Origin: Macrostomum lignano | Lineage: Eukaryota | Direction of reading: 5' to 3' | Assembly: GCA_002269645.1 (NCBI GenBank) | Contig: NIVC01002706.1 | Location: 1 to 64,000 of the forward strand | Length of the DNA: 64,000 bases | In this document: positions 11,713 to 44,211 of the stretch, one piece after another | Layout: each line of letters begins with the position of its first letter | How positions within the stretch are numbered: position 1 is the first letter of the stretch | Position numbers and translations under genes: made by a program | The notes under the pieces: generated by a model | Seen by the model: the letters and a program-made list of their open reading frames with translations, nothing else | Databases searched by the model: none | Told to the model about the DNA's origin: nothing

Positions 11713-12194
11713 TATATCTGCTTTTTCCGCTTAACCCCGCCGCGGGAGTGGTGATTTGGTTCTGATGAAGCGGAAATGAAGCTGCGCGGTCTCTTTGTCG
11801 GTCAAAATGGTGATTTGCAGCTGTATTTGCCGCAATCAGAGAAATCAATCGGAATATTGTTTGCTTACATGTAGCCTGGAATGGCTGACCTCTTGTGTTG
11901 ACAGCTGGGCGCTACGTGTGGGGTCGCATTTACAGTCCATACATAATACACGCGTTCGGGCACAAGGAGAGATGATTTTCATACAGTTTGCCGAGCGTTT
12001 CGCGTCAACTCCCCGCCTGGCTTTCATTATTCGATAACATATACCTGTATTTTGATTCACGATTGTCTGTCTACTCGAGCTGTTGTGGCGTCACGTAGAC
12101 TGCCCCATCCTTCGGGGAGGGTTTGACGCTATCCCCCTATCATTCATCCTATCCCTCCCTATCCTCCATCTTTTAGGAATGGGTGTGTCGCTAT

Positions 12195-12740
12195 CAAACC
12201 ATCCTTCAGGAGAGGGAGTGTCTCCATCCTTCCATGTCCCATCCTTCAGGAGAGTGTCGCCATCCTCCCATCCTTCAGGAGAGAGAGTGTCGCTATCCTC
12301 CCATCCTTCAGGAGAGAGAGTGTCGCCATCCTCCCATCCTTCAGGAGAGGGAGTGTCGCCATCCTCCCATCCTTCAGGAGAGGGAGTGTCACTATCCTCC
12401 CATCCTTCAGGAGAGAGAGTGTCGCTATCCTCCCATCCTTCAGGAGAGAGAGTGTCGCTATCCTCCCATCCTTCAGGAGAGAGAGTGTCGCCATCCTCCC
12501 ATCCTTCAGAAGAGGATGCCTCCCTATCCTCTATCTTTTTGGAAAGGATGTGTCGCTATCTAACCATCCTGCAGGGGAGGAGTGTCGCTGTCCTCTCATC
12601 CTTCAGTGAGGTTGCATCGCTATACTCCATTAATGCATATCAGGAGAGGGTGTCTCGCTATCCTCCTATCCTCCAGGAGAGGGGTATCGCTATCCTCCAT
12701 TCCTTCAGGAGAAGGTTATCGCTTTCCTCCATTCCTTCAT
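12195..12740. repeat. 33-bp minisatellite, degenerate at both ends
   Basis: Unit CCATCCTTCAGGAGAGAGAGTGTCGCCATCCTC. Confidence 0.9.
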
Positions 12741-13062
12741 GGAAGGGTTGCCGCTCGGGTCGTACCTAAAATAACGGCATCCTGAATCCATCGCTACCGA
12801 CATCAGTCAGCTTAAAAAAATACAGCCAACTCCCCAAATCACGGTCGCGACCCCCCCCCCCCCAGGGCTCCCTCATTGGCTTTTGGCTGCAGCCATTAGC
12901 AAGCGGTCTTACTGGCACATCAACCGAGGGCGCCCAGCCTATTTCTCCCCGCTGCAACTGGCATTTCTTCGACGCGATATCGACACGTGCCAACTAACCA
13001 GCACGACACTTGCTATCCGGCACTCACTGAGCACACCACCGAGTGGAAAGCCTGTCACGGAT

Positions 13063-32029
<18,967 letters not shown>

Positions 32030-32772
32030 CTGCATCGGAACTTTTTGAGGTCGAGTTTTAAAATAAATAATCTGCAGAAACCAATGCTGTGGAAGGAATT
32101 TATTTTGCTTTGACATTTGGCTTAGCATTCCACGCGAAATCTTTCTGGTCGACTTGTCCATCGGTACCAACTTAAATAATGTACATTGGCGCTTCTGTTT
32201 TTCTAACCCCTCGGCGACCGCTGATTGGTTGAAACTGTTAACTGGGCGGAGCCAATCAAATGTGAGCTGTGGTCCTGTATGCTAACGTCGTTGTGTTCAA
32301 TTTTTTTCTTCTAAAGCTACTCACAATGATCCCAGTGAGCAGGTTCGCTATTTCTCTCTCAATTACACCGCTACTCATACTATCTGCTTCGATGTAAATT
32401 GAATTGCTAATATTTTTAACACAGAAGCACAAGCACCTTAATTATTTAATCTCACTCTTAGCCAACCAGGCGCAAAGCATTGTCAGTCATGCGGTGCTGC
32501 TGCAATCTCTGTATATAAACACCAATCGTTGCTAGCTTTTATTGCTAAGAAAAGTTTCATTGGGTATCAGCTAAAATTAGTGGATTTTTTCTGTCCACAT
32601 TCACGTTACTAGTAAAAGTTGTTTGCACAGACTGAGGCCATAACATTCCACTTCACTGTCTCTTTACCGTTCCCGTGTTTTATTCGATGGCTTCGGTACT
32701 TTCTGTTTAATGTCTCCTACTTCAGGTTGCTATTTAAGCCATTTAGAAAAAGACAAAAAACTGCCTGAGTTC

Positions 32773-33022
32773 ACGTTCAGTGGACCCGTAGCTACTGCAC
32801 GATCAGTGGACCCGTAGCTACTGCACGATCAGTGGACCCGTAGCTACTGCACGTTCAGTGGACCCGTAGCTACTTCACGTACAGTGAGTGGACTCGTAGC
32901 TACTGCACGTTCAGTGAACCCGTAGCTACTGCACGTTCAGTGGACTCGTAGCTACTGCACGTTCAGTGGACTCGTAGCTACTGCACGTTCAGTGGACCCG
33001 TAGCTACTGCACGTTCAGTAGA
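32773..33022. repeat. 26-bp tandem repeat
   Basis: Unit TTCAGTGGACCCGTAGCTACTGCACG. Confidence 0.92.
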
Positions 33023-33529
33023 CCCAGTCTCCTGCACAATAAGCCCACTGATTTCTCTATTATGACTTGGACTCAATGCCTCAAAATGCGCTCAGTTTCT
33101 GTATTCTGTTAACAGAAAATCTTGCCTCAACGCCTGATGAAAAATTCAATTCAAGAAATTTCAATATGCAAAGTAATTTAATTTATAATAATTTAAAATT
33201 CTGTGTTGCAGCAGAAGCGCCGTGCAAATTAATATTCTTTGCATTCGTAAACAGATTTTGGCACAGTGGTGTCTTGCATCTATCAGCTCTGAATAAAAGT
33301 GCAAGACAAAGTATATAATATTTTGTCATCCAAATTTCAACGAGTCGGTTAAAATTTTAATTAAAACATTGTAGAATTTAAACAATCAGTCAATTATAGG
33401 AGCAAAATTGAATGCATTGCTTGTTACTTGATTTATATTGAATATATCCAGCTCTTTTGTCACCGTGAGCTGATAAAACACATAGGATTGAAAAAATGGA
33501 GATTAAAATGGACCGAAAAAAGTATAGAG

Positions 33530-34275
33530 GACTGAGGGTGATTGTGAGGGGTTGAGGGTGATGGTGAGAGGGCTAAGGGTGATGGTGAGGGGTTGAGAGT
33601 GATGGTGAGAGGGCTAAGGGTGATGGTGAGGGGTTGAGAGTGATGGTGAGAGGGCTAAGGGTGATGGTGAGGGGTTGAGGGTGATGGTGAGAGGGCTAAG
33701 GGTGATGGTGAGGGGTTGAGGGTGATGGTGAGAGGGCTAAGGGTGATGGTGAGGGGTTGAGGGTGATGGTGAGAGGGCTAAGGGTGATGGTGAGGGGTTG
33801 AGGGTGATGGTGAGGGGTTGAGGGTGATGGTGAGGGGTTGAGGGTGATGGTGAGGGGTTAGGGTGATGGTGAGGGATTGAGGGTGATGGTGAGGGGTTGC
33901 GGGTGATGGTGATGGGTTTGAGGGTGATGATGAGGGGTTGCGGGTGATGGTGATGGGTTTGAGGGTGATGATGAGGGGTTGCGGGTGATGGTGATGGGTT
34001 TGAGGGTGATGGTGAGGGGTTAGGGTGATGGTGAGGGGTTTGAGGGTGATGGTGATGGGTTTGAGGGTGATGGTGAGGGGTTAGAGTGATGGTGAGGGGT
34101 TAGGGTGATGGTGAGGGGTTTGAGGGTGATGGTGATGGGTTTGAGGGTGATGGTGAGGGGTTTGAGGGTGATGGTGATGGGTTTGAGGGTGATGGTGAGG
34201 GGTTAGAGTGATGGTGAGGGGTTTGAGGGTGATGGTGAGGGGCTGAGGGTGATGGTGAGGGGCTGAGGGTAACGG
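33530..34275. repeat. ~19-20-bp G-rich minisatellite
   Basis: Unit GAGGGTGATGGTGAGGGGTT. Confidence 0.95.
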
Positions 34276-35474
34276 TGACTAAATTAAAAAAACCGGCTAC
34301 TCCATTGCTACTTCCAGTAGTATCAACATTGATTTATCAAGATAATTAAATGTGCAATAATGAACTACAGAAGTCGCTCAAAAGTCAGTAGAATGAGCGC
34401 GGCAGGAGTGATAGTCAATCCGTTGCCTACAGAGTGAGCTGAGGCCTAGGATAAACAAAAGTGGCTGACAAAATAATGCAGAGCAGAAAGTCGCGATGAT
34501 GACTAGCATCTCATTACTTAGCCTCTCAGTCTAACACAGCAGCCAGATCAGGCGATCTGGTTCAACTGCACTCCCCCAGGTATTAAGAGCGGAGTACAGC
34601 TCAGGACTCGTCTGACAGGCAGACCGAAAATCCAATGCATCAAAAAACTCCATTGATCCCCGGGGCCAGGCCTGGGATTTTGTTGGGTGTGGCAGGGCTG
34701 CTATGAAATATGAAATGGCAAGGTGATAAAATAGAAATCACAGAGTAGAGTGGGGAGGGGAGCTTCGGCTCGCTGCACAGCAATAATGCCCCGCTCCCAG
34801 TAGGCTGCAGAGGGGAGGGGTTACACACTAGCACAAACAGCACACTTCAGGTGCCAAGCGGGGGGGACAAATTCGTGTGTGTGTGTGTGTGTGCTCACCT
34901 TCCGCTGACACGGCCGCACTGTCCCCGCCGCCAATTCAATTCAATTGCAAAACAGGGAGAGAAAAATGAGGCAGGCGGTGAAAAAGAAAGATTTTTTTAG
35001 AAACGCCAGCGACTCGCCAACGGCATTGCCAGGCGCTTTGCAAATGCGGCGCCTGCCGACACCCTGCATGTTGCCAACCCGCCCTCCCCATCTCTGGGCT
35101 TACCTTTTTAAGCCCCTGTGTGTTTGTATAGTTGCACAAGGACTCCTTGCTCTCATATTCAGCCAGTTTCTGGTCCAACCTGTCCCTGTCTCTGGGACAA
35201 CAATTAGCGCCAGCAGTAGCAGCGGGGGCTCTCGCCAGATCGCGGTGGAACTCCGGCGCTGCTTATTTACACACCTGATCGGCCATCAATGTGCTCAGCG
35301 GGTCGTGCCCCTCTTCAGAGACCTCTGCCGGCACCCACCACTCTTCGCCCCGCCTTCCTTCCGCCGCTTCCCCGGCTGACACAGAGCGGTTGACAGGCAA
35401 AGGACAGGGACTGGGGAAAAGAGGAATTGAAAGAAAAAAACACTTAAAAAAAACACGGAATTCACATGACAGAT

Positions 35475-35990
<516 letters not shown>

Positions 35991-36669
35991 TGTTGTTGTT
36001 TTGTAGCTGCTGTGTATTTACAGTCTACCGTTGACAATGTCTATAGCTGAGGCTGCGCGATTGCCGCAGCACAAAATGGCTCATCCAGAGTAATACCCTA
36101 TGGGAGAAACAATAGGACAGCTAGGTAAGCCGTGGTAGAGACTTAATAATTAGCAATCTATCGCCCTAATCAATAAATGATGACCGGGAGCCTCAGTTGG
36201 CACACTCAGCAGAATTGACTTTTCAATCTATTCGAATGCGAGGCGGCTATTTATAATTAACGAATTAATCAAACACTGCTGCCCCCTCCCAGCGGTCCAT
36301 CGCTTTGAAATGAAGTCGCTCTGTCCCTGCGGGACGTGCTAGGAGAGACGGACTACTGCTACTAATTGGTCTGACCTGAGCTAGTAGGATGTATCAGAAT
36401 TCACAACTGAGAAGAAGGCGCCTCGTGTTTGATTGCGGAGAGTAACTTTTTTGCTTCACCTTGGCGCCTCGAAAATTTGCGACAGCCGGCTTGGCTGGGA
36501 GCAGGAGACACGCCGTTAATTAAGGCTGCCCGCGCCTACGGCTCTTCCACCTTCAAGGGGGGGCGGTTGAGTATTGGGGAAATCCCAAAGAGGAACTTTA
36601 CTATAGAGACGTAGCTGTGTACAATCGCAAAGTTAGTAATGTTAACCGTGGTAGTAGTCACAGGAGGCT

Positions 36670-36850
36670 GCGGGCACCCTGCGCAACGCATCGTCCTACA
36701 ACCAGCGCTGAGGCAGTTCAGCCCATTCCGCTGGCTCCTGAGCACATGCAGTCATGCACACGCTCACACAGGATGTACAACAGCTCCGACTATCTAATCC
36801 TGCCAGGCATGTACACTCTCTGTGGCCCCTATGGCTGTGATATCGGGCAA
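36670..36850 (-). mobile_element. Diverged SINE related to family A
   Basis: Minus strand GTGTACATGCCT...CCTGTGTGAGCG...TGCTCAGGAGCCAGCGGAATGGGC...GCGCAGGGTGC aligns by eye with the family A body. Confidence 0.55.
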
Positions 36851-37065
36851 AAGAAGTAATTAAAACAATCAGTCTGCACAATTTCAAAACTTCCCGATTA
36901 CAGCGATGAATTTACACGCTTTTGAAGATTGCCGGCGCAAGTTATTTATTTAATAATGGAGCTAAACAATAATTAACTAACGCTATAAGTAATAATAATT
37001 GATAGTCCATCGGAGGCCGCATCAAAGATCTGCAGTTGAGTTGCAATTACAAAGAAAAAATATTG

Positions 37066-37540
<475 letters not shown>

Positions 37541-38339
37541 AGATGCCTATCTGTTTCTTTCAGTTCATCAGTTTCTTTTATTTCCATTTCACCTTTCTTA
37601 TCAAGCCCATCTCACTTATCCATCTTAGAGCCAGAGACAGGCTAATGTGCACCTGATCGGATATTCGAACTCGGACACTCAAGTGAAAAGATCAATTTGC
37701 AGAGCAACTGGAGCACAGGGCTGCCTCATCGCAGATTGGGATGAATTCCCTCATATCAGTGTTCCTCTCGCAGTTGGCAATAACTGTAGCCCCCCCCCCC
37801 CAAGAACAACAGTGAGAAATTAATGGACTGCGACGAAAATAAAAATCCGCGAGCGAAAAATAAAAGGTTTCAGAATCCGCACCTCCCCCGCCCCTCACTC
37901 AGCAAAACCAATTTGGCTTCCCAGCCGCCGATCGAAGCAGATGAGGAAGGGATGCTGGATGGGGAGAGAAATCGCGAACCTTTCCCTGATTGTTTTCCCA
38001 TCTTGCTCGAGTGTCCCCTGACGGGAGCGAGAGCGTAAGAGAGTAAGGGAGGGGGACTGGGTGAGGGTGCGTGAGGATTTCTGAATTGAGCTCTGCTTTG
38101 CAGAAGCAGAAAATGCAGGCTGCACTTGCTGAGGACTCGGCCGGTGCCAGAGGGTCTTCTCTGCCAGCTCGCCAACCTGCTCTAATCTGTCTAATGCTCG
38201 CTGGTTTAAGTCCTGGGTTTAGCCTGAGTTGCAGGAATCAGTATCTAAGGGGATGAAAATTCTGCTGACTTCTCAGAACAGTCGTAACCGGAGTGATGAA
38301 GCCGAGCTGCTCTCACCGCTCATCATCAACGGAGATCAC

Positions 38340-39025
38340 CCATGATCAGCATTCTATATTCAGTGTGCTCATGATCAGCATTCTATATTCAGTGTGCTCA
38401 TGATCAGCATTCCATATTCAGTGTGCTCATGATCAGCATTCCATATTCAGTGTGCTCATGATCAGCATTCCATATTCAGTGTGCTCATGATCAGCATTCC
38501 ATATTCAGTGTGCTCATGATCAGCATTTTATATTCAGTGTGCTCATGATCAGCATTCCATATTCAGTGTGCTCATGATCAGCATTCTATATTCAGTGTGC
38601 TCATGATCAGCATTCCATATTCAGTGTGCTCATGATCAGCATTCCATATTCAGTGTGCTCATGATCAGCATTCTATATTCAGTGTGCTCATGATCAGCAT
38701 TCCATATTCAGTGTGCTCATGATCAGCATTCCATATTCAGTGTGCTCATGATCAGCATTCCATATTCAGTGTGCTCATGATCAGCATTTTATATTCAGTG
38801 TGCTCATGATCAGCATTCCATATTCAGTGTGCTCCTGATCAGCATTTTATATTCAGTGTGCTCATGATCAGCATTCCATATTCAGTGTGCTCATGATCAG
38901 CATTCCATATTCAGTGTGCTCATGATCAGCATTCTATATTCAGTGTGCTCATGATCAGCATTCTATATTCAGTGTGCTCATGATCAGCATTCCATATTCA
39001 GTGTGCTCATGATCAGCATTCCATA
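38340..39025. repeat. 29-bp minisatellite, ~23 copies
   Basis: Unit CATGATCAGCATTCCATATTCAGTGTGCT. Confidence 0.97.
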
Positions 39026-40054
39026 TTATTTTATGCTTGTTATGTTTGTGGTTGAAAGAATAGAATGGATTGCTAATCTAAGTCGGTATGGTTGAAGGAA
39101 TAGAATGAAGGCTGATAAGACTAATGTAATATTTGGAAGCAATTGTAAGTTAGATTTTCCTTCTGAATCTAGTTTACTAATTCGACAGGCTGAATTTAGA
39201 ATAAATATTTGCATTCTTTCAAAAAAACACAATTGAGCCATTAAAACTTGAAGCATCGATCAGCGCTTTCTCTTCCATACCAAAGTCAATTGGAATGCCA
39301 TTCAAGTGGATAATTCTTATTCTCTCGCCATTCGCTCAGGCAGTCAGTATCAAGATATCAGTTTGCATAGAGGACCTCAGGCTCTCTCGCTGGCTCCTAA
39401 CCTTCAGCCGGAGGAATTCAACATGCGGCATGCAAATTGAGGCGAAATACTGCTCTAGCCTTGGATAGCTTGGGCTGATTTAGAATAGGAAAGAGGACCA
39501 TGGGCAAACAGATTATCTCCACATGGTCGCGCCCCCTCCCCTGTCCCACTGACATGCTCTCCGGGGCGTGATCTCTGTCCCGCACCACCCCGCAGCCCTA
39601 CGGAGCGGCTGGAAGCTGCTGAACCCCCCCCCCCATCATCCGACCTTTATGGCCCGCTGGGAGCCTGGAGAGACGCGCTTTCATGCCCCACTTGTCAGCC
39701 CCCCCCCGGCCCACCCCACCCGCCAGTGAGGGGATGGGTCAGAGGTGGGCAAAGTGAGGCATCACCAAAAGCCCATTTGGCTTTTCATCCCTCTGATCCC
39801 TTGATCCGCTCGAGTGCAAACTCGGCCGATTCCCCATTCCAGTTTCTTAGAAATGCGCCTGCCCCACAGCCGGCGGGCTGGGCTAACTTTCAGCGCATGG
39901 GCTGCAATAGGCACAATAGGCATGGCTGACTAAACTAACAAATCAGGATGCATGAGAAAAAACAAATAACTCTTCGATACGCAAAAGTCTGGGAATACTA
40001 GTGAGAGAAGTGAGCATTAAATACAATTAGGCTGCTCGGCGCACATATTCTCAA

Positions 40055-42685
40055 TCAAACCGTGGCCTCGCTGAACTCAAAGTCCATCGCTTCATCTCCG
40101 TAGCGACGCTGCGGCGATCGAAAGGTGCTGAGCGTCGCGCAGGAGCCTCCGGGCTGGGCGCCAGACGCTGCCGACGCTGCCGCAGCCGCCGCCGCTGCGC
40201 TGACGCCGCCACAGAAGCTGCCGCAGTGTCTGGGCATCGTCAGAGTCTGTCGTAGTGGCCGGTGCATCGGACAGTGGCTGCTGCGCTGTCGGCTTGCTGC
40301 GAATCCACCGTACTGACTCCACGGGTTCTCATTGACGCCGCTCTCGTCCTCGTCCTGCTTGAAGCTGTCGACGATGCCCGCGGAGGCGGACAGCAGGCGG
40401 CGCGGGCTGGCGCAGGCCGAGTGCGACGAGGAATCCACCACGGCTCTGGCGGCTGCATCGGCAGCAGCGGCCACCCCATTGGCTGCGCACAGCGGCATCC
40501 GGTAGAACAGCTCGCGCCAGAAGCCGCGCCGGCCGTAGCGCAGAGCAACAGCGCGGGCTGCTGCGGCGCGTCCGCCGACGCCCAACAGGCCGGGCGGGAG
40601 CCGGTGAACACCGGGGAACAGGATGTGCACCAGGCGGCAGGCGCGGCGAGGTCGGGCTCGCGCGGCCAGGAAGTGAACAGCCAGCTGGTAGTCTGTGCAG
40701 GAATCCACGCTGGCTAAGAAGCTGTCGGTGACCACCGCCAGGACGCGCTTGCTGGACTCCACGGCGTGCCAGACGGCCGGGTAGGCGGGGACGCCGGGCA
40801 GCCGGGTGCGGTCGTGGGTGCACAGGGCGTAGGGCCGCGGCCGGCGGCGCAGCTTCTCTACTAGCACGGCGGCTACCCAGTCCGCATCGTCTGGGTGGAA
40901 CATGATAAACGCGTCGCAGGATTTGGCTTCGCCGGCGCACTCGTCCCTGTCGAAGGGGTGCAGGCCGCAGCTGGCGAACAGGCTGACCCGGCCGCAGAAG
41001 GCGGCCAAGAGGGCCATGGTAGCCAGGGCCAGGGCGGCGCTGATGGCGGACGAGCTGAGGGCCAGCCGGTCGTAGCCCCGGTTTGCCGGCCGCGGCTCCG
41101 GTAGGTCGCACAGGACGGCGGAGCTCAGCGACAGCAGGGATCGGTCGCGCAGGCGCGGCGGCTCGGCGCAGCGCACATCGTCAGGCGCCAGTAGCGTGTG
41201 GCGCAGGGCGCGCAGCCAGCCGGGCAGCCAGCTGGAGTTGCAGCCGCAGTGCCAGGGGTTTCTGTCCAGGCGGAGCCGGCGAAGCCGAGGAAACGACGTC
41301 CTGGCTAGTTCCGGGTCAAGCCGGGTGAGCAGATTGTGATGCAGCATGAGCTCTTCCAGGCTCTGCAGCTTGGCCAGGTAGCGGGCCGGCAGATCCTCGA
41401 GTCCGGTGCCGCTCAGGTCGAGACTGACGGCCTCGCGGAAGACCTTCGGCATGCCGGGCAGGCCGCGGCTGGCCAGTCGGCCGCCGCTGAAGTTGAACCG
41501 GTAGGCGTAGCCGCCGCTGACCGGGAGGGGCGGCAGCTCCCGCCAGTGCGGCAGACGGTCAAGCGTCACTCCGCGACAGTCAACAGACAGCGCCTGGCGC
41601 CACGGCTCTTCGGTGCAGCGGCAGCGCCCGGCGGCCGAGTCAAGGCAGGGCTGGCGCTGGCAGACGAGCTCCGCGGGCGCCAGGCCGGGCCGGAACTTGG
41701 CGCCAACCAGTGGACGACGGCCGCGCAACTCGGCGGGCTCGGCGCATTCGGGCAGCGCGGCTGAGCTTTCCAGCAGTGCGGCCAGCGGGGAGGTGCGCCC
41801 GCCGTCGGGATAGAGAAGCCGGAAGTCTTCGCAGTCGCAGTGCAGGGGATTTCCGGCCAGGCTGCTGATCAGTGGTCGCCAGTTTTCTGCCCGAGCCGGC
41901 GGCTGATTGTCGAGCAGGTGCCAGCCGCTGAGCAGGACGCCGAGGTGGCGGATGCCGTTGCCAACCAGGCTGATGTTGAGCCCAGCATCCGCCAGACGGC
42001 CCAGCATATAGGCCGGCCACCGCCGCTCAGCCGTGAACTGGCGCACCTGGTTGTGGTCGAGCAGCAGCCGCAGGCTCCGCCTGACGCCCGGCCGGTGTCC
42101 GGCCCGCTCAGCCAGCAGCAGAGGCCAGTCCGTCAGCTCGTCCAGCAGGTTGTGGCTGAGGTCAATCCGCGTCAGCTGATTGGCGGCGCTGCCAAACGCC
42201 GCCGCCGAGATGTTGGCCAGCCGGTTGCGCGCCAAGCTGAGCCGGCGCAGTCGAGGCGCCGCCAGCGACCCGTCGGCGAGGCTGTCGATTCTGTTGGCGT
42301 CGAGGACGAGGTCGCGCAGCTCGGCGAATCCGGCGAAGGCGCCGGCTGGCAGGCCTGTGACGTCGTTGCGGCTCAAGTTGAGGTAGATGAGGCGCGGCAG
42401 GCCGGACAGCTTGCTGAGCAGCCGGACAGCCGAGCGCACCCGGCGGATGATCAGCACATTGAGGTCGCCGCCAGCCAGGCAGTTCGTCAGAGGTGTCAGA
42501 GCGCCAGCGTCGGCAGCAAAAGCGCAGTCGAGCTCCAGATGGTGCTGGGCGAATGCGTAGCGGAAGCTGCAGACCGGACAGGCGGCCGGACAGAGCCGCC
42601 GGCAGTCGTCCAGGCCGCTGATCCTCCTGCAGAGCAGAGCAGCGGCCAGAAGCAGCAGCAGTGCGGAGGCCCTCGCACAGTGCAT
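40055..42685 (-). CDS. Toll-like receptor, multiple-cysteine-cluster (protostome) type, intronless, 876 aa
   Basis: In order: signal peptide (MHCARASALLLLLAAALLC); LRRNT; LRRs (LIYLNLSRNDV, LRDLVLDANRI, LRRLSLARNRL, LTRIDLSHNLL); LRRCT (GNPLHCDC); internal LRRNT; more LRRs; second LRRCT (RNPWHCGC...C); TM (ALSSSAISAALALATMALLAAFC); HPFDRDEC; TIR (box1 DAFIMF, box2 LCTHDRTRLPG, box3 GFWREL). Confidence 0.92.
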   Translation of the reverse strand: MHCARASALLLLLAAALLCRRISGLDDCRRLCPAACPVCSFRYAFAQHHLELDCAFAADAGALTPLTNCLAGGDLNVLIIRRVRSAVRLLSKLSGLPRLIYLNLSRNDVTGLPAGAFAGFAELRDLVLDANRIDSLADGSLAAPRLRRLSLARNRLANISAAAFGSAANQLTRIDLSHNLLDELTDWPLLLAERAGHRPGVRRSLRLLLDHNQVRQFTAERRWPAYMLGRLADAGLNISLVGNGIRHLGVLLSGWHLLDNQPPARAENWRPLISSLAGNPLHCDCEDFRLLYPDGGRTSPLAALLESSAALPECAEPAELRGRRPLVGAKFRPGLAPAELVCQRQPCLDSAAGRCRCTEEPWRQALSVDCRGVTLDRLPHWRELPPLPVSGGYAYRFNFSGGRLASRGLPGMPKVFREAVSLDLSGTGLEDLPARYLAKLQSLEELMLHHNLLTRLDPELARTSFPRLRRLRLDRNPWHCGCNSSWLPGWLRALRHTLLAPDDVRCAEPPRLRDRSLLSLSSAVLCDLPEPRPANRGYDRLALSSSAISAALALATMALLAAFCGRVSLFASCGLHPFDRDECAGEAKSCDAFIMFHPDDADWVAAVLVEKLRRRPRPYALCTHDRTRLPGVPAYPAVWHAVESSKRVLAVVTDSFLASVDSCTDYQLAVHFLAARARPRRACRLVHILFPGVHRLPPGLLGVGGRAAAARAVALRYGRRGFWRELFYRMPLCAANGVAAAADAAARAVVDSSSHSACASPRRLLSASAGIVDSFKQDEDESGVNENPWSQYGGFAASRQRSSHCPMHRPLRQTLTMPRHCGSFCGGVSAAAAAAAASAASGAQPGGSCATLSTFRSPQRRYGDEAMDFEFSEATV

Positions 42686-44211
42686 CTCTCAGAGCCGAGG
42701 CCTGCAGTCTAAGTTCCCATAGCCGCAAAGCCGCCAGACTGTCGCTTAGAGGTTGACGCGAGCGCATTTTTATAGAAATTTGACTGATCCGACAACTGCT
42801 AGCTCCGCGGCCACTGATTCCCATTGGCTGGCATCGGAGAGCGCAGAGCTGGGCCGACCGCCTCAAATCCCCTCTCCACAGTCCTCATTTTGTTTATCAG
42901 TTTGGCATGCCCGCTCCCGGCCCTCAATCATCAATTTTGAAGACTAAAATGACTGACTGGCTGGAGATGGCCTGACCAACAGCTGGGCATCTGCTCCCAC
43001 ACTTGTGTAAGAGCGTACAACCTCACCTGCGCGTGCGAAAACGCTGAGAGAGAGGGGGGATGGGCATTAGAAGAGTGAAGTATATCTACTGTTCATTGCC
43101 GGCCATACAAGCTTTGTAAAGCACTAACCGCTATCAATTATGCAACTACCTCTGGGGGTCCCTGAGGCCCTGCACAGTCTGCTTACTGACGCACACTGTC
43201 CCCACTTTACAACACAGTTGCCTGCCAAATTTGGAGTAAGCCAGCTGCCCCATTGCACCATTGCCCATTCCAATGCACTTTGATGCAGCGGGTCCCTAAG
43301 TGATTCTGAAATATTTTATGCTCTGGAAAATGATTTTAAATCCTTTTCGACTTTCTGTGCCTCTTTTTGGCCATCTTATGGGAGATTGTCTCGCTTATCA
43401 ACAACTCACTCTCGCTTCTGCACCTTTTATCGATCCCAATCCTCCCCTTGCCACTTCCGCTGCCCACTAATCTTTAATCTCGATAATATCAACTCCTCAA
43501 CAATTGCTTGAGCACCCTAGACACCCCACTTAACAAGGTGTGTCAGTTAAGATCTTCCAATTCCACTTTCAGAGTGTTTCAGCCCTGGCGTGCTTCATTC
43601 TGATAACAGATGCGGGCTATTTGATCCATGCGAAGGGGAAGACAGAGGGAAGGGATCGCAGAAATAGGTTTGCAGACCCCAGAGAGTTGGCCGCCCCAGG
43701 TACTGGAATTGAAAGTTTTTAAGGCCGGCACAGCGGCATACAGACACTGTATTTAAGGCTTAGGGAATGCAAGCGTATCGGAGGCTCAAATTTCTCACTG
43801 CGTGGCGCAGTTTTATCCACACACAACTTGGCGCCCAATGACAGATACAATTCCCCCCCCCCCTGAATGCTACACGGACTCAGCAGTGCACCTCCCACGG
43901 TGGGGAGCAGGGAGACAGACAAGGGAAGAACTCCGCTTTATCGACTGTCCCACAAGGGAGGGGACCGCGTGGGTTTGGGAATTGGAGCAGAAATCGACTC
44001 AGCAGCAGCATTAACTCTCACTCTCGACGATTACACCTTTTTACAATATCCTCACTGTGTCCCCGTTTCCCTTATAAAAGTTGAGGGATTTTTGGTCAAT
44101 ACTGCAGCCGGTGCAGCTAACGCTGCAGTTTGGGACTCTGCTTCACCTGATGCAAATACGAGTATATCGTATTATTTTATCGCGTCCAAGTTATAGGGTG
44201 ATAAAGCGAGG

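Noticed and set aside
11725-11800. CTGATGA...GAAA as a hammerhead ribozyme (also CTGATGA at ~806 and ~33135)
   Set aside because: No stem II or stem III pairing consistent with the core; the local structure is a simple inverted repeat.
34900-35400. GC-rich patch with 80-144-aa ORFs as an additional gene (similar patches at 39500-39900 and 45300-45900)
   Set aside because: No codon pattern, motif or consistent splice sites; may be regulatory but cannot be supported from sequence alone.
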